A DNA stretch of 61,011 nt, taken from assembly GCA_043797665.1 (NCBI GenBank), contig JAZDPL010000011.1, forward strand, positions 1 through 61,011, given 5' to 3'. Below are positions 18,148 to 27,488 of the stretch, piece by piece. The stretch is from Candidatus Omnitrophota bacterium. Lineage in GTDB: Bacteria; Ratteibacteria; UBA8468; MWAK01. The notes below the pieces were generated by a model. The model had not been told where the DNA came from. It did no database searches and worked only from the letters and a program-made list of their open reading frames with translations. Position 1 is the stretch's first letter, and each line of letters begins with the position of its first letter. The position numbers and the translations under genes were made by a program.

Positions 18148-18831
18148 TCAATCTAAGAGGTTAATTCTATCCATGATTTCATGGGCAAGGTCCAAAAACT
18201 TACTTTTTAATTCTCCGGCATTTATCTCAGCAACCATATCCACTGGCCATTGAGTAATTTCGTCAGGAAATTTGTCGGCTTCTTTAAGGGCGATAGCAAA
18301 CCAGTAAAGGTCAAAACCCGGGTCCTTCTGTTTTGCTAGCCCGATTAAATTTTCCATGGGTTCGGTTCCCAAAATGAAGAACAAGTCAATGGCATCTCGA
18401 TGTTTCCACCGTCCAAAATAGGTAAGGAGTTTATCCGTTATCAGGTCATTGTAACTGTTTATCTTTACTCCGTATTCCGAAATCTGAGGTTCTTCAAAAT
18501 GAAAAGGTGAATCATAAGCAAGATGGAGTCGCACACTTTCACCCTCTTTTTTAACTTCAAGTTCGGCGAAAGATTCGAATCTACGAGTGACACTAAATGG
18601 GTATCCCTCTTGCAGCAACTTTTCTTCTAAAACCCTGACAAAAGGTACGATTAGACCTGTCTCTCGAGTGAAAAAATCAAGGTCATAAGAATGGCGATGT
18701 CCCAGGTAAAACTCTGCGAGGGCAGTTCCGCCGGTTAGATAGAATAAAGCCGCCTCTTTGACTTTTCCAAACTCGACCAACAGATTCTTCTGAAGTGGCG
18801 TGAGGATACCCTTACCCTTTAGCGTATTCAA
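18148..18831 (-). CDS. AbiEii/AbiGii-like nucleotidyltransferase (type IV TA toxin-like)
   Basis: FYLTGGTALAEFYLGHRHSYDLDFF, DKL, RDAIDL. Confidence 0.85.
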   Translation of the reverse strand: MNTLKGKGILTPLQKNLLVEFGKVKEAALFYLTGGTALAEFYLGHRHSYDLDFFTRETGLIVPFVRVLEEKLLQEGYPFSVTRRFESFAELEVKKEGESVRLHLAYDSPFHFEEPQISEYGVKINSYNDLITDKLLTYFGRWKHRDAIDLFFILGTEPMENLIGLAKQKDPGFDLYWFAIALKEADKFPDEITQWPVDMVAEINAGELKSKFLDLAHEIMDRINLLD

Positions 18832-19033
18832 AATAGTCCTCCCATAGTCTCTGGACTCTTTCTGGCAAGTTAATCTCAGGAAGGAGCTTCCTTATTTCTT
18901 TCCAGTCCAATTCAGCGATGTCCTCTGTCCTGCCGTTAGAGAGAACTTCTTCGATATACCATTTCCTTTGCCGAGGGTCATTAAGGTCAATTTCTTTGTT
19001 GGTTGACCAAATTATGTATCTTTTAGGACGCAT
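18812..19033 (-). CDS. Small partner protein of the nucleotidyltransferase (putative antitoxin)
   Basis: 73 aa, IIWS...YIEEVLSNG pattern, overlaps the toxin start. Confidence 0.7.
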   Translation of the reverse strand: MRPKRYIIWSTNKEIDLNDPRQRKWYIEEVLSNGRTEDIAELDWKEIRKLLPEINLPERVQRLWEDYFEYAKG

Positions 19034-19040
19034 ATCTTTA

Positions 19041-19116
19041 ATTGTAATATATTTCCCCCTGAGTTTGCAATTATTGGGGGGGTTGAATTTGACAAATTGG
19101 TTGGTTATGGTATAAT
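19041..19116. promoter_or_regulatory. Divergent promoters for the TA module (-) and island regulator (+)
   Basis: Plus: TTGACA (19089-94)-N16-TATAAT (19111-16) with TG extension. Minus: TTGCAA (19065-70)-N18-TACAAT (19041-46). Confidence 0.7.
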
Positions 19117-19138
19117 ATGGTTGATAAAGGATGGTGAA

Positions 19139-20245
19139 ATGTCTCAAGAAAATTTTGTAAGTGCTGCCACTATCTGTTTTGAATCTTCAGAACCTCTTTA
19201 TCTACAAATTGCACGAAGTCTTGAACAAAATATACGAAAAAGGAAGTTTAAACCTTTTGAGAAGCTTCCCCACGAGCGGGCGCTCGCTAATCTCTATAAT
19301 GTCAACCGAGATACGGTAAGAAAAGCAAACAGACATTTAGAAAAAGCCGGGGTTTTGATCCGGGTCCAGGGCAAGGGTACATTCGTAACCGATATCACCA
19401 AGGTAGGGAAAGGGCGCCGCAGGATAGGAATAATAACGGATCGGCCAAATGACAGCACTGATGATTTTATTCCAAACGTGTTTAAAGGCATCTGGTCCGC
19501 CCTCGCCGGTAAGGAAAACAGATATAAAATAGAGTTTTTCACCGCTGAGGATTACGTTGCTCATCAAGATGAATTAGAGGGAAATATTGATGGACTGCTC
19601 TTTTTTGTCCTTGAGGCAAATGAAGAATTTATATTGACACTAAAAAAGAAAAAAATCCCATTAATCATGGTTAATTATTATATTCCCGGCGTTAAACTTA
19701 ATTGTGTATTGTGTAATCACGAGAAAGCAACCCTTGAAGCTACCGAATATCTTCTTAAATTGGGACACAAAAACATTGCCTTCCTCTGCGGTAATTTTAC
19801 CTACCAAAGTGACATCAAACGATTAGAAGGATACAAGATGGCTCTGAAAAAACATGACGTTATTTTCACTCCCAATCTGGTAAAAAGGTGTGGCTACATG
19901 AAGAATGAAACGGAAAGATGTGTGGATGAGTTTTTGAGCCTTCCCGAAAGACCATCCGCCATTATCTGCGCAGATGACAGGGTTGCCTACTGGGTGGCAC
20001 GGATTCTCCGTCAATATCACTTATCCGTTCCGGATGATATATCTCTGATGGGTTTCAATGATATGAAAATAGCTTCCACCATGCATCCTCCGCTCACGAC
20101 TATGAGGATGCCTATGGAAGAGATTGGAAAACTGGCTACGGAGATGTTGTTAGAAATTATTGGGGGTGGAAAATTGCCCAAAAAAGAGAGCGAATTGAAT
20201 TTTACGCTCGTGGAACGAAGGTCGTGCAAGAAAAATGTGGAATAG
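19139..20245 (+). CDS. GntR-wHTH plus LacI-type sensor transcriptional regulator (AraR-like architecture)
   Basis: [46 protein letters not shown]. Confidence 0.92.
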   Translation: MSQENFVSAATICFESSEPLYLQIARSLEQNIRKRKFKPFEKLPHERALANLYNVNRDTVRKANRHLEKAGVLIRVQGKGTFVTDITKVGKGRRRIGIITDRPNDSTDDFIPNVFKGIWSALAGKENRYKIEFFTAEDYVAHQDELEGNIDGLLFFVLEANEEFILTLKKKKIPLIMVNYYIPGVKLNCVLCNHEKATLEATEYLLKLGHKNIAFLCGNFTYQSDIKRLEGYKMALKKHDVIFTPNLVKRCGYMKNETERCVDEFLSLPERPSAIICADDRVAYWVARILRQYHLSVPDDISLMGFNDMKIASTMHPPLTTMRMPMEEIGKLATEMLLEIIGGGKLPKKESELNFTLVERRSCKKNVE

Positions 20246-20255
20246 GAGGTACAAA

Positions 20256-20975
20256 ATGTTGCGGAAAATGATTTTACAGGGTAAATCCGTCCTTTCGCAA
20301 ATCCGACATGCCTTCACACTCATAGAGCTTTTGGTCGTAATTGCCATCATCGCCATTCTGGCGGCAATGCTTTTGCCGGCGCTCAGCCAGGCAAGGGAAC
20401 AAGCACGAAAATCAAATTGTATGAATAATCTTAAACAATTAGGCTTGGCGATTATGATGTATGCAAACGACCAGGAAGAACGCCTTCCATCCGCGTACCT
20501 TTATCCTTACCCTGCTGAGCCCGCCACCCAATGTGGTTGGGGTTGGCTTCTGGTAAACTCTGGTTATGCACCACCTGTTGCCAGTCTCCGAACTCTAACT
20601 ATATTCAAATGTCCCGGCGAAGGGAATAGGGATTTCAATTATTATGTCTATACTGGCAGTATTTACGGATATAACTATGCAAATTTGGCAGAAGTAAAAA
20701 TGAGCCAAATTAAAAACCCAACGGAAACAATTATGCTTGCAGATAGTTCTTACTATGAAACCGGTAATGGCTTTTTCCTCATAAACGCGACCTGGGCTCA
20801 AAATTGGTATCGTATCTGGGCACGGCACAGTGGTGGTTTAAACATCCTATGGGTAGATGGCCATGTCTCTTACTATCGGCCACCTGATTCCACCAATCCG
20901 TATTCAGGGATGCTGGCTAATGGAACCCCTCCTGGCGCTGACGGGGATCCTAGTAATTACTGGGATACAAAATGA
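20256..20975 (+). CDS. Prepilin-type N-terminal cleavage/methylation protein with H-X9-DG C-terminus (DUF1559-type)
   Basis: [29 protein letters not shown]...[22 protein letters not shown]. Confidence 0.92.
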   Translation: MLRKMILQGKSVLSQIRHAFTLIELLVVIAIIAILAAMLLPALSQAREQARKSNCMNNLKQLGLAIMMYANDQEERLPSAYLYPYPAEPATQCGWGWLLVNSGYAPPVASLRTLTIFKCPGEGNRDFNYYVYTGSIYGYNYANLAEVKMSQIKNPTETIMLADSSYYETGNGFFLINATWAQNWYRIWARHSGGLNILWVDGHVSYYRPPDSTNPYSGMLANGTPPGADGDPSNYWDTK

Positions 20976-21033
20976 GTTAGGAGTAAACAGGCTGATTATG
21001 AACCAAAAAATATGAACCATGTGGGAGGTTAAG

Positions 21034-24006
21034 ATGTCTACTAAAACATGGATTTTGTTTGTAGTTTTCTCACTATACTTGGGAACGCTGGGACAATTAT
21101 TTGCACAAGATGAATCGGACATTTTAGGCGCATACTCAGATTGGGGCTCAACCATGGTTGACATTAGTACTGACACAGAAACGACTAAAGTAACTAAATT
21201 ATCCTTAAGATGCGAAGTCAAAAACAATGGAAATGGAACAGAAGATTACCCCACTATTGTTAGAAATTTTCCGGAAGGAACTGATTGGGGAAAGTATAAA
21301 AAGATAACAGGCTGGGTTTATGTTACATCTTCTGAGCCTGATATTAAATCTAAAGCTTTCTGCATAGTGATCTTCGATCGCAATTTACCCAAGCAACAAC
21401 AAATCACTGCCTGGGCTGACGTGCCGGCGAATAAATGGACGTGGATTGAAGGAGACATTTCAGAGTTTAAGAGAAATAATGTTGAATTCATAACACCTCA
21501 TTTCTATGAAGGGTCAACTTATTTAAATAAGGAAGAAACATATACTTGGTACATCAATAAACTAAAGTTGGTTGGCGCAGAAGAAAAAAACAACCTTTCG
21601 TTGGAAAAAGATTTTGAAATAAAATATGCATTTGTAGACAAATCACCACTGGATGCGACTTACCCAGTGCCGGGCAACTGGGAAATCAAGAAAATCCAGG
21701 GGAGGACATTTTATCCTGTCGTCTACTATAATTATGATTTTGAGCACCCTTTTTGGAAAGCAGCCACACGCCTTGGAATAACATATGAAGGATTTTCGCT
21801 TGCCTGGGGGGTTTCACCTAAAAAAGAGGTGATTGACCATGTAATCGGGTTAGGGACTCCTTTTATCGGCGGGGGATTGGATATTGGTGAGATGACAAGT
21901 AATAGGACTATGGATGAGAAAATACTAAACCTGAAACAGACCCCCGATAAAGCGGTTGATGGAAGCGTTGATACGACAAGTGCCTGGTGGTCAGGAGCAG
22001 AAGCTCCCGTACCTCAATGGTTGGAAATTGACCTTGAGGAACCGACAGAGATTAATGGTATCCACGTTTTCACCTATTGGGATAATACGAGATATTATGG
22101 CTACCGAATTGAAACAAGTTTGGACCGTGAAACGTGGAAAACGGTAGTCGATTACACGAAAAACAATGTTCCAGCAACAAATCAGGGGATACGTCATACG
22201 TTTGAGAGAGAAAAAACAAAATTTGTACGGGTAGTTGTAACTGCCAATAGTGCCAATACGGCCGCGCATCTTGTCGAAGTGCAAATATATGGCCCCGGTT
22301 CCGACAAAAACCTTGCGGTAGGGAAAAAGGCAAGAGCATCCAGTTTTGCTGGTCAGAGGGAAAACGAATTAAGCCGCGATTTCAAATCTCGGGCATTAAA
22401 ACTGAATGAAGATACTTTTCTTGGCAGTGAATTGGGGGAATGGGGGGATCATTACTTGAAAATAGCCTGGAAAGATTGGAGCGTATATGATCCAGCAAGC
22501 ACATGGTCCGGCAGAAAACCTGCAAACAGGGAAGAAGCATCTCGAGATTTAGAATCATTTTTTAAAGAGTATTTTAATGTGGTAAACGGACGAGTGGTTT
22601 CGTTTCTTGGATACAGGTTATTTCACCACCAGGCGGCTGATTGGGGTGCCAAGGTTCTGGTAATGGAATCCGGAGAAAATATACCTAATACGCAATTACA
22701 GTTAGCCTTTACCCGGGGAGCCGCCCGCCAGTTTCAAGTACCATGGGGAGTAGATTTTTCGGGTTGGTTTTCCGGAAGTATGGTTTATTATCTTGAGGGT
22801 CAGCCCTGGGGTGGAGCAGGAACGTATGGTGGTGGAGTTTCTGGTCCTGATTATGGCCATTCTTTGTCGTTAAGAAAAAGGGTCGCTTATGCTTCATATA
22901 TGGCTGGGACCAACTTTTATATAGATGAAGGCGGTTTTATGATAATGTTTACGAGAGACGAAAAAAACGAATTAGTGCTCTCGCCAATCGGAGAATTTAA
23001 TAAGAAATTTACCGAATTTACGCAGAAACATAAAGAAAGGGGAACATCATACACGCCTATTGCAGCAATGATTGACTACGAGCACGGTTGGTCACCAACA
23101 GGTTGCACCCCTCATTTAATATGGGCGGTATTTGAACCGGATGAGGGAGACATGATGTTGGAAGAATTTTTATACTCTATCTTTCCTGCTCGAGTGAATG
23201 AAGATGAACAGGGCTATTATCTGGCAAACGCACCTTACGGAGATATTTTTGACGTTCTGGTCGCTAATCCGAAAGACCACGAGTTGGACCTTAAATCCCT
23301 CAAGGGATACCGGGTATTGTTTTTGCTGGGGGATATACGTCTCAATAAAAAGCACGTTGTTATTTTAAGCGATTACGTCAAACAAGGGGGCACGCTTGTT
23401 CTGAATTATAGCCAGGCGCAGCTTTTCCCCAACAATTTTATAGGTATTGAACGGATAGGTGATATAACTCGCAGTGGAATTGCCTCCTGTACCGTGGACA
23501 ATTACGAATCCGTATATCAGGAATGCACCTATCCGGAAGTCAAACTCATTGGGAATACGCGGCCTATTGTAGTCGATGATGATAATATGCCGCTGGTTAC
23601 AAAATCGGCATTCGGAAAAGGATATGTAATTACAACCCTCCCTTTATGCTCTTTAGGCGAGAATAGAAAATTATTAAAATTTATTCCGCATCTTGTGCAG
23701 CATATTTCACAAGAAGTACTTCCGGTTCGTGTTAGAGGAGATGTTGAATATATTATAAATACAAGGGGAAAGGGCGCGTGGATTATCACCTTAATAAATA
23801 ATAACGGAGTTACTAAAAAACCGCGTGAAAAAGAAAAAATCGAAAGCGAAGCCGCGTCAACAGTTAGGATATTTTTTGATTCCAAAATTAGCAAAATTTC
23901 AGAATGGCTTGAGGAACAACCTGTTGTCTTAGAAAAAGAAAATGTTGCTATAATAGTAATCCCTCCCGGTGATGTTCGCATTATCGAAGTCGTTCTGGAT
24001 GAATAA
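21034..24006 (+). CDS. Large secreted protein with internal F5/8-type C (discoidin) domain; putative glycoside hydrolase
   Basis: Signal-peptide-like N-terminus; AVDG..SAW..PQWLEIDL..VEVQIYG; C-terminal YVKQGGTLV...FGKGYV segment resembling a GH42 trimerisation-type domain. Confidence 0.65.
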   Translation: MSTKTWILFVVFSLYLGTLGQLFAQDESDILGAYSDWGSTMVDISTDTETTKVTKLSLRCEVKNNGNGTEDYPTIVRNFPEGTDWGKYKKITGWVYVTSSEPDIKSKAFCIVIFDRNLPKQQQITAWADVPANKWTWIEGDISEFKRNNVEFITPHFYEGSTYLNKEETYTWYINKLKLVGAEEKNNLSLEKDFEIKYAFVDKSPLDATYPVPGNWEIKKIQGRTFYPVVYYNYDFEHPFWKAATRLGITYEGFSLAWGVSPKKEVIDHVIGLGTPFIGGGLDIGEMTSNRTMDEKILNLKQTPDKAVDGSVDTTSAWWSGAEAPVPQWLEIDLEEPTEINGIHVFTYWDNTRYYGYRIETSLDRETWKTVVDYTKNNVPATNQGIRHTFEREKTKFVRVVVTANSANTAAHLVEVQIYGPGSDKNLAVGKKARASSFAGQRENELSRDFKSRALKLNEDTFLGSELGEWGDHYLKIAWKDWSVYDPASTWSGRKPANREEASRDLESFFKEYFNVVNGRVVSFLGYRLFHHQAADWGAKVLVMESGENIPNTQLQLAFTRGAARQFQVPWGVDFSGWFSGSMVYYLEGQPWGGAGTYGGGVSGPDYGHSLSLRKRVAYASYMAGTNFYIDEGGFMIMFTRDEKNELVLSPIGEFNKKFTEFTQKHKERGTSYTPIAAMIDYEHGWSPTGCTPHLIWAVFEPDEGDMMLEEFLYSIFPARVNEDEQGYYLANAPYGDIFDVLVANPKDHELDLKSLKGYRVLFLLGDIRLNKKHVVILSDYVKQGGTLVLNYSQAQLFPNNFIGIERIGDITRSGIASCTVDNYESVYQECTYPEVKLIGNTRPIVVDDDNMPLVTKSAFGKGYVITTLPLCSLGENRKLLKFIPHLVQHISQEVLPVRVRGDVEYIINTRGKGAWIITLINNNGVTKKPREKEKIESEAASTVRIFFDSKISKISEWLEEQPVVLEKENVAIIVIPPGDVRIIEVVLDE

Positions 24007-25957
24007 TATAGTAATCCCACCAGAAAAGAGTAGCCAATCTCCATTTACCTCAAGAGCATTTATTGCCGGCTTAGTCCTTTCTGCTGTCATCGGCCTTGGT
24101 GGTCCATACATAAATAATATACTCCAAAGTGGTGATTTGACAGCCACTTTAACCACACCCCTTGCAATCTTTTTATTCTTTGTCCTGGCATTTCTGGTAA
24201 ATCCTGTCGTGGGAAAAATCAGAAGGAATTGTATGTTTTCCGGTTCTGAACTGATATTAATCTATATCATGATGAGCGTAGCCAGCGCTATTCCCACTAT
24301 GGGTTTTATCGGCCAGTTATTACCAATCTTGCTTTCGCCATCTTATTATGCTACACCCGAAAACAGGTGGGCTGAATTAATCCTTCCGCACATACCCGGG
24401 TGGATGACCATCCATGACCAGAATGCAATAAAATACTTTTTTGAAGGAACACCTGAAGGTGTGTCTATTCCCTGGAGCGTATGGATTAAACCCTTATCTT
24501 ACTGGTTAATCTTTATGTTAGCATTCTATTTTGTAACAATCTGCATGATGGTCATCCTCAGGAAGCAATGGGTAGAAAATGAACGGCTAAACTATCCTCT
24601 TGTTCAACTCCCCCAGGAAATGGCTAAATTAGGGGAAAAAGGTTCTGTGCTCGGTCCTTTTTTTAAAAACAATCTGATGTGGCTGGGATTCGCCATTCCA
24701 TTTCTGATCGGTGTTATTAATGGACTGGCCCACTACTTCCCGGCTGTTACAAAAATAGATTTATACGCAATCTTGCCAATATTCAGAAATACCGGCTCGC
24801 TAACATTTTTTATAAGTTTTCCCCTCCTCGGATTTATCTACTTCGTAAACCTGGACATTGCCTTCTCTCTCTGGTTTTTTTATCTCTTAACGCTTATCAT
24901 CACAGGCTATCTGAAAATTACCGGTGCCGGAATGGTCGAAAACTTGGGTAGATACGGAATTGACGAACCGATGTTGGCGCATCAGGTTATGGGTGCGATG
25001 ATTATCTTTGTCCTTCTTGGACTATGGAGGGGACGCCACCATCTCCACACTGTTGTTAGAAGAGCAATCGGACGTGGCAAAAACCTTGATGATTCCCAGG
25101 AAATGCTTTCGTATCCGATAGCTTTTTGGGGAATGATCATAGGTTTGCTGGTGATGACAGCCTGGATTAGAGCGTCAGGATTGACTTTATGGGCCACGGC
25201 GGTCTTTTTATTCGCCGCCTTCATTATTTTTATCGGATTAACCTACATTGTGGCAAAAACAGGGATGCCGTATGTGGTACCACCCATGATAGCCGCCACT
25301 TTTCTTGTTTCGGGGGTTGGTGGCAACGCCATTGGCGTTACCGGCCTTGTAGCGCTTTCTCTAACATATGTTTGGTCTGCAGACTTGTGCGTATTTCTCA
25401 TGCCTTCTGTGGCACATAGCCTAAAACTTACCTCGAAAGAAATAAATAAAAAAAGCCGCCTCTTCTGGGCGATTATGATCGCAATTATCATTGCTGCCAC
25501 TCTTTCAGTCTGGATTACCTTAACGCTTACCTATAAGCATGGAGGCCTAAATTTAAGTCCTCACTTTTACCAAATTTCCCCCCAGTCTCCATTTAGTTAT
25601 ATCAGCAATAAGATAAATACTCCCACTCTACCAAATCTCCTCGGCTGGATACATACCGGTATCGGTGCGCTCATAATGTTCTTTCTTGTCTTTATGAAGC
25701 AAAGGTTTTTGTGGTGGCCACTTGAACCGGTGGGTCTTCTATTAGGCCCAATATGGTTTATGGGCGTGTTATGGTTTAACGTATTTATTATCTGGCTGGT
25801 CAAGTTATTGCTCTTAAAATATGGTGGACCTGAAGTTTATAATCGGGGCAAACCCCTATTCCTGGGGTTTATTCTGGGCCAGTTTACCATCGCAGGTATC
25901 TGGCTTGTTATAGATCTTTTTACAGGAATGACAGGAAACTCGATATTCTGGATATAG
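23999..25957 (+). CDS. Polytopic membrane protein, putative transporter (DUF6785/DUF6784-like)
   Basis: Many TM segments; ILRKQWVENERLNYPL, FLWWPLEPVG, KYGG motifs. Confidence 0.7.
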   Translation: MNNIVIPPEKSSQSPFTSRAFIAGLVLSAVIGLGGPYINNILQSGDLTATLTTPLAIFLFFVLAFLVNPVVGKIRRNCMFSGSELILIYIMMSVASAIPTMGFIGQLLPILLSPSYYATPENRWAELILPHIPGWMTIHDQNAIKYFFEGTPEGVSIPWSVWIKPLSYWLIFMLAFYFVTICMMVILRKQWVENERLNYPLVQLPQEMAKLGEKGSVLGPFFKNNLMWLGFAIPFLIGVINGLAHYFPAVTKIDLYAILPIFRNTGSLTFFISFPLLGFIYFVNLDIAFSLWFFYLLTLIITGYLKITGAGMVENLGRYGIDEPMLAHQVMGAMIIFVLLGLWRGRHHLHTVVRRAIGRGKNLDDSQEMLSYPIAFWGMIIGLLVMTAWIRASGLTLWATAVFLFAAFIIFIGLTYIVAKTGMPYVVPPMIAATFLVSGVGGNAIGVTGLVALSLTYVWSADLCVFLMPSVAHSLKLTSKEINKKSRLFWAIMIAIIIAATLSVWITLTLTYKHGGLNLSPHFYQISPQSPFSYISNKINTPTLPNLLGWIHTGIGALIMFFLVFMKQRFLWWPLEPVGLLLGPIWFMGVLWFNVFIIWLVKLLLLKYGGPEVYNRGKPLFLGFILGQFTIAGIWLVIDLFTGMTGNSIFWI

Positions 25958-25982
25958 ATGTATCTATTTGGAGGAAGAAGAC

Positions 25983-27017
25983 ATGAAATTGAAAGTAGGT
26001 GTGATTGGATGTAGACGTGGAAGGCTGTTTATGACAGCTTTCAACAACCATCCTGATACAACTGTTGAAGCAATCTGCGATTCAGATAAAGAAGAACTTC
26101 AGGCGGTAGCTGAGGAAAAGGGAATAGAAAATATTTTTACAGATTATAGAGTAATGTTAAAAACTAATATTGATATCGTCGTGATAGCAACCCCTCCTTC
26201 TTATCATGCAGAAATATCAGTAAAAGCTTTAAAAGCAAAAAAACATGTTTTATGTGAAGTACCCGCAGCTCTCACCTTAAAAGAATGTGAACTTCTTGTT
26301 GATACAGTCCAAAAGACGGGAATGAAATATATGATGGCTGAAAATTGCAGATTTTATTCAGTAGTAGAGGAAATGAAAAAACTGAAAGAAAAAGGAAAGT
26401 TAGGGGATATCTTTTATGGGGAAGGTGAGTATATGCATGATTGTCGGGCTTTGTTCACAAATCCTGATGGTTATACTACCTGGCGAGCAACTTTTCCTCC
26501 ATCTTCCTATTTAACGCACACCAGTGGTCCGATAATGTATATTCTGGGAGAAAGGTTTGTAGAAGTGATGGCATACGGAAATAGTAAAGTGGAAAACCGC
26601 TGGAACACGAACAACTTAGAGGTAGGATTATTTAGGACTGAAAAAGGTGCTATTGTAAAGATACTCAACTGTTTTGCTTTATCTCGACCGTATTTGATGT
26701 ATTACTCAATTTACGGTTCTAAAGGCTGTGTGGAACGTACCCGTGTCGCCGAAGAACCTGATAGGACATACTTTTCTGGAGAAGAAGAGATGATGAAACC
26801 TTTCATATATCAGGAAGTACGTCCTAGTCCACTTAACCTACCCGGAACTCATGAAGGGAGTGAAAATGTTATGGTACACGAGTTTATTGAATCAATATTA
26901 AAAGATACAACTCCTCCTATAGACATCTATACTGCCATTGATTATACCTTACCGGGAATTTGTGCTTTGGATTCCATCCATAAAAACCAAGCTGTCAAAA
27001 TTCCTCACCTACAGTAA
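25983..27017 (+). CDS. Gfo/Idh/MocA family oxidoreductase
   Basis: VGVIG, KHVLCEVP, YMMAEN, GEYMHD, YLTH. Confidence 0.88.
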   Translation: MKLKVGVIGCRRGRLFMTAFNNHPDTTVEAICDSDKEELQAVAEEKGIENIFTDYRVMLKTNIDIVVIATPPSYHAEISVKALKAKKHVLCEVPAALTLKECELLVDTVQKTGMKYMMAENCRFYSVVEEMKKLKEKGKLGDIFYGEGEYMHDCRALFTNPDGYTTWRATFPPSSYLTHTSGPIMYILGERFVEVMAYGNSKVENRWNTNNLEVGLFRTEKGAIVKILNCFALSRPYLMYYSIYGSKGCVERTRVAEEPDRTYFSGEEEMMKPFIYQEVRPSPLNLPGTHEGSENVMVHEFIESILKDTTPPIDIYTAIDYTLPGICALDSIHKNQAVKIPHLQ

Positions 27018-27179
27018 ACAAGTTTTTGACAGGAGAAAGTTCTTCCAAGATAGAAACCTGTGCCTGTATGTAATAGACAGAGGTATTAAACAGGAAAAGG
27101 TAATGTAATGGGACTGAAGGTAGGAAAGATGGGTATCGACCTATCTACCTTATTACGCTGGTGGCTATGGTGGTAGAAA

Positions 27180-27425
27180 TTACTTGAAGATGCCTTTTTG
27201 CTTGAAGAGGCTCCTGACCGTATCCGAGGGCTGGGCGCCGACCTTTAGCCAGTACTTAGCCCGTTCCTCGTTGATTTCCAGAATCTTGGGCTTCATACGG
27301 TTGTTGTAGTGACCTAAATACTCCAGATAATCACCTTTGTTATCTTTTCGACCGTCAAGTACCACGATGCGATAACCGGGCTGATTCTTCTTGCCCACTC
27401 TCCTCAATCTGATTCTTGCTGCCAT
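27180..27425 (-). CDS. rpsP: 30S ribosomal protein S16
   Basis: IRLRRVGKKNQPGYRIVV, GAQPSDTV. Confidence 0.96.
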   Translation of the reverse strand: MAARIRLRRVGKKNQPGYRIVVLDGRKDNKGDYLEYLGHYNNRMKPKILEINEERAKYWLKVGAQPSDTVRSLFKQKGIFK

Positions 27426-27450
27426 TCGTTATCCTCCTCGTTAAAAACTA

Positions 27451-27482
27451 TGGATTCCTGCCAAAGACATGCAGGAATGACA
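27451..27482. repeat. Family-3 palindrome
   Basis: TGGATTCCTGC-CAAAGACAT-GCAGGAATGACA. Confidence 0.75.
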
Positions 27483-27488
27483 AGAATG

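Noticed and set aside
27090..27160. Imperfect hairpin between island 1 and rpsP as a terminator
   Set aside because: Weak interrupted stem with no U-tract
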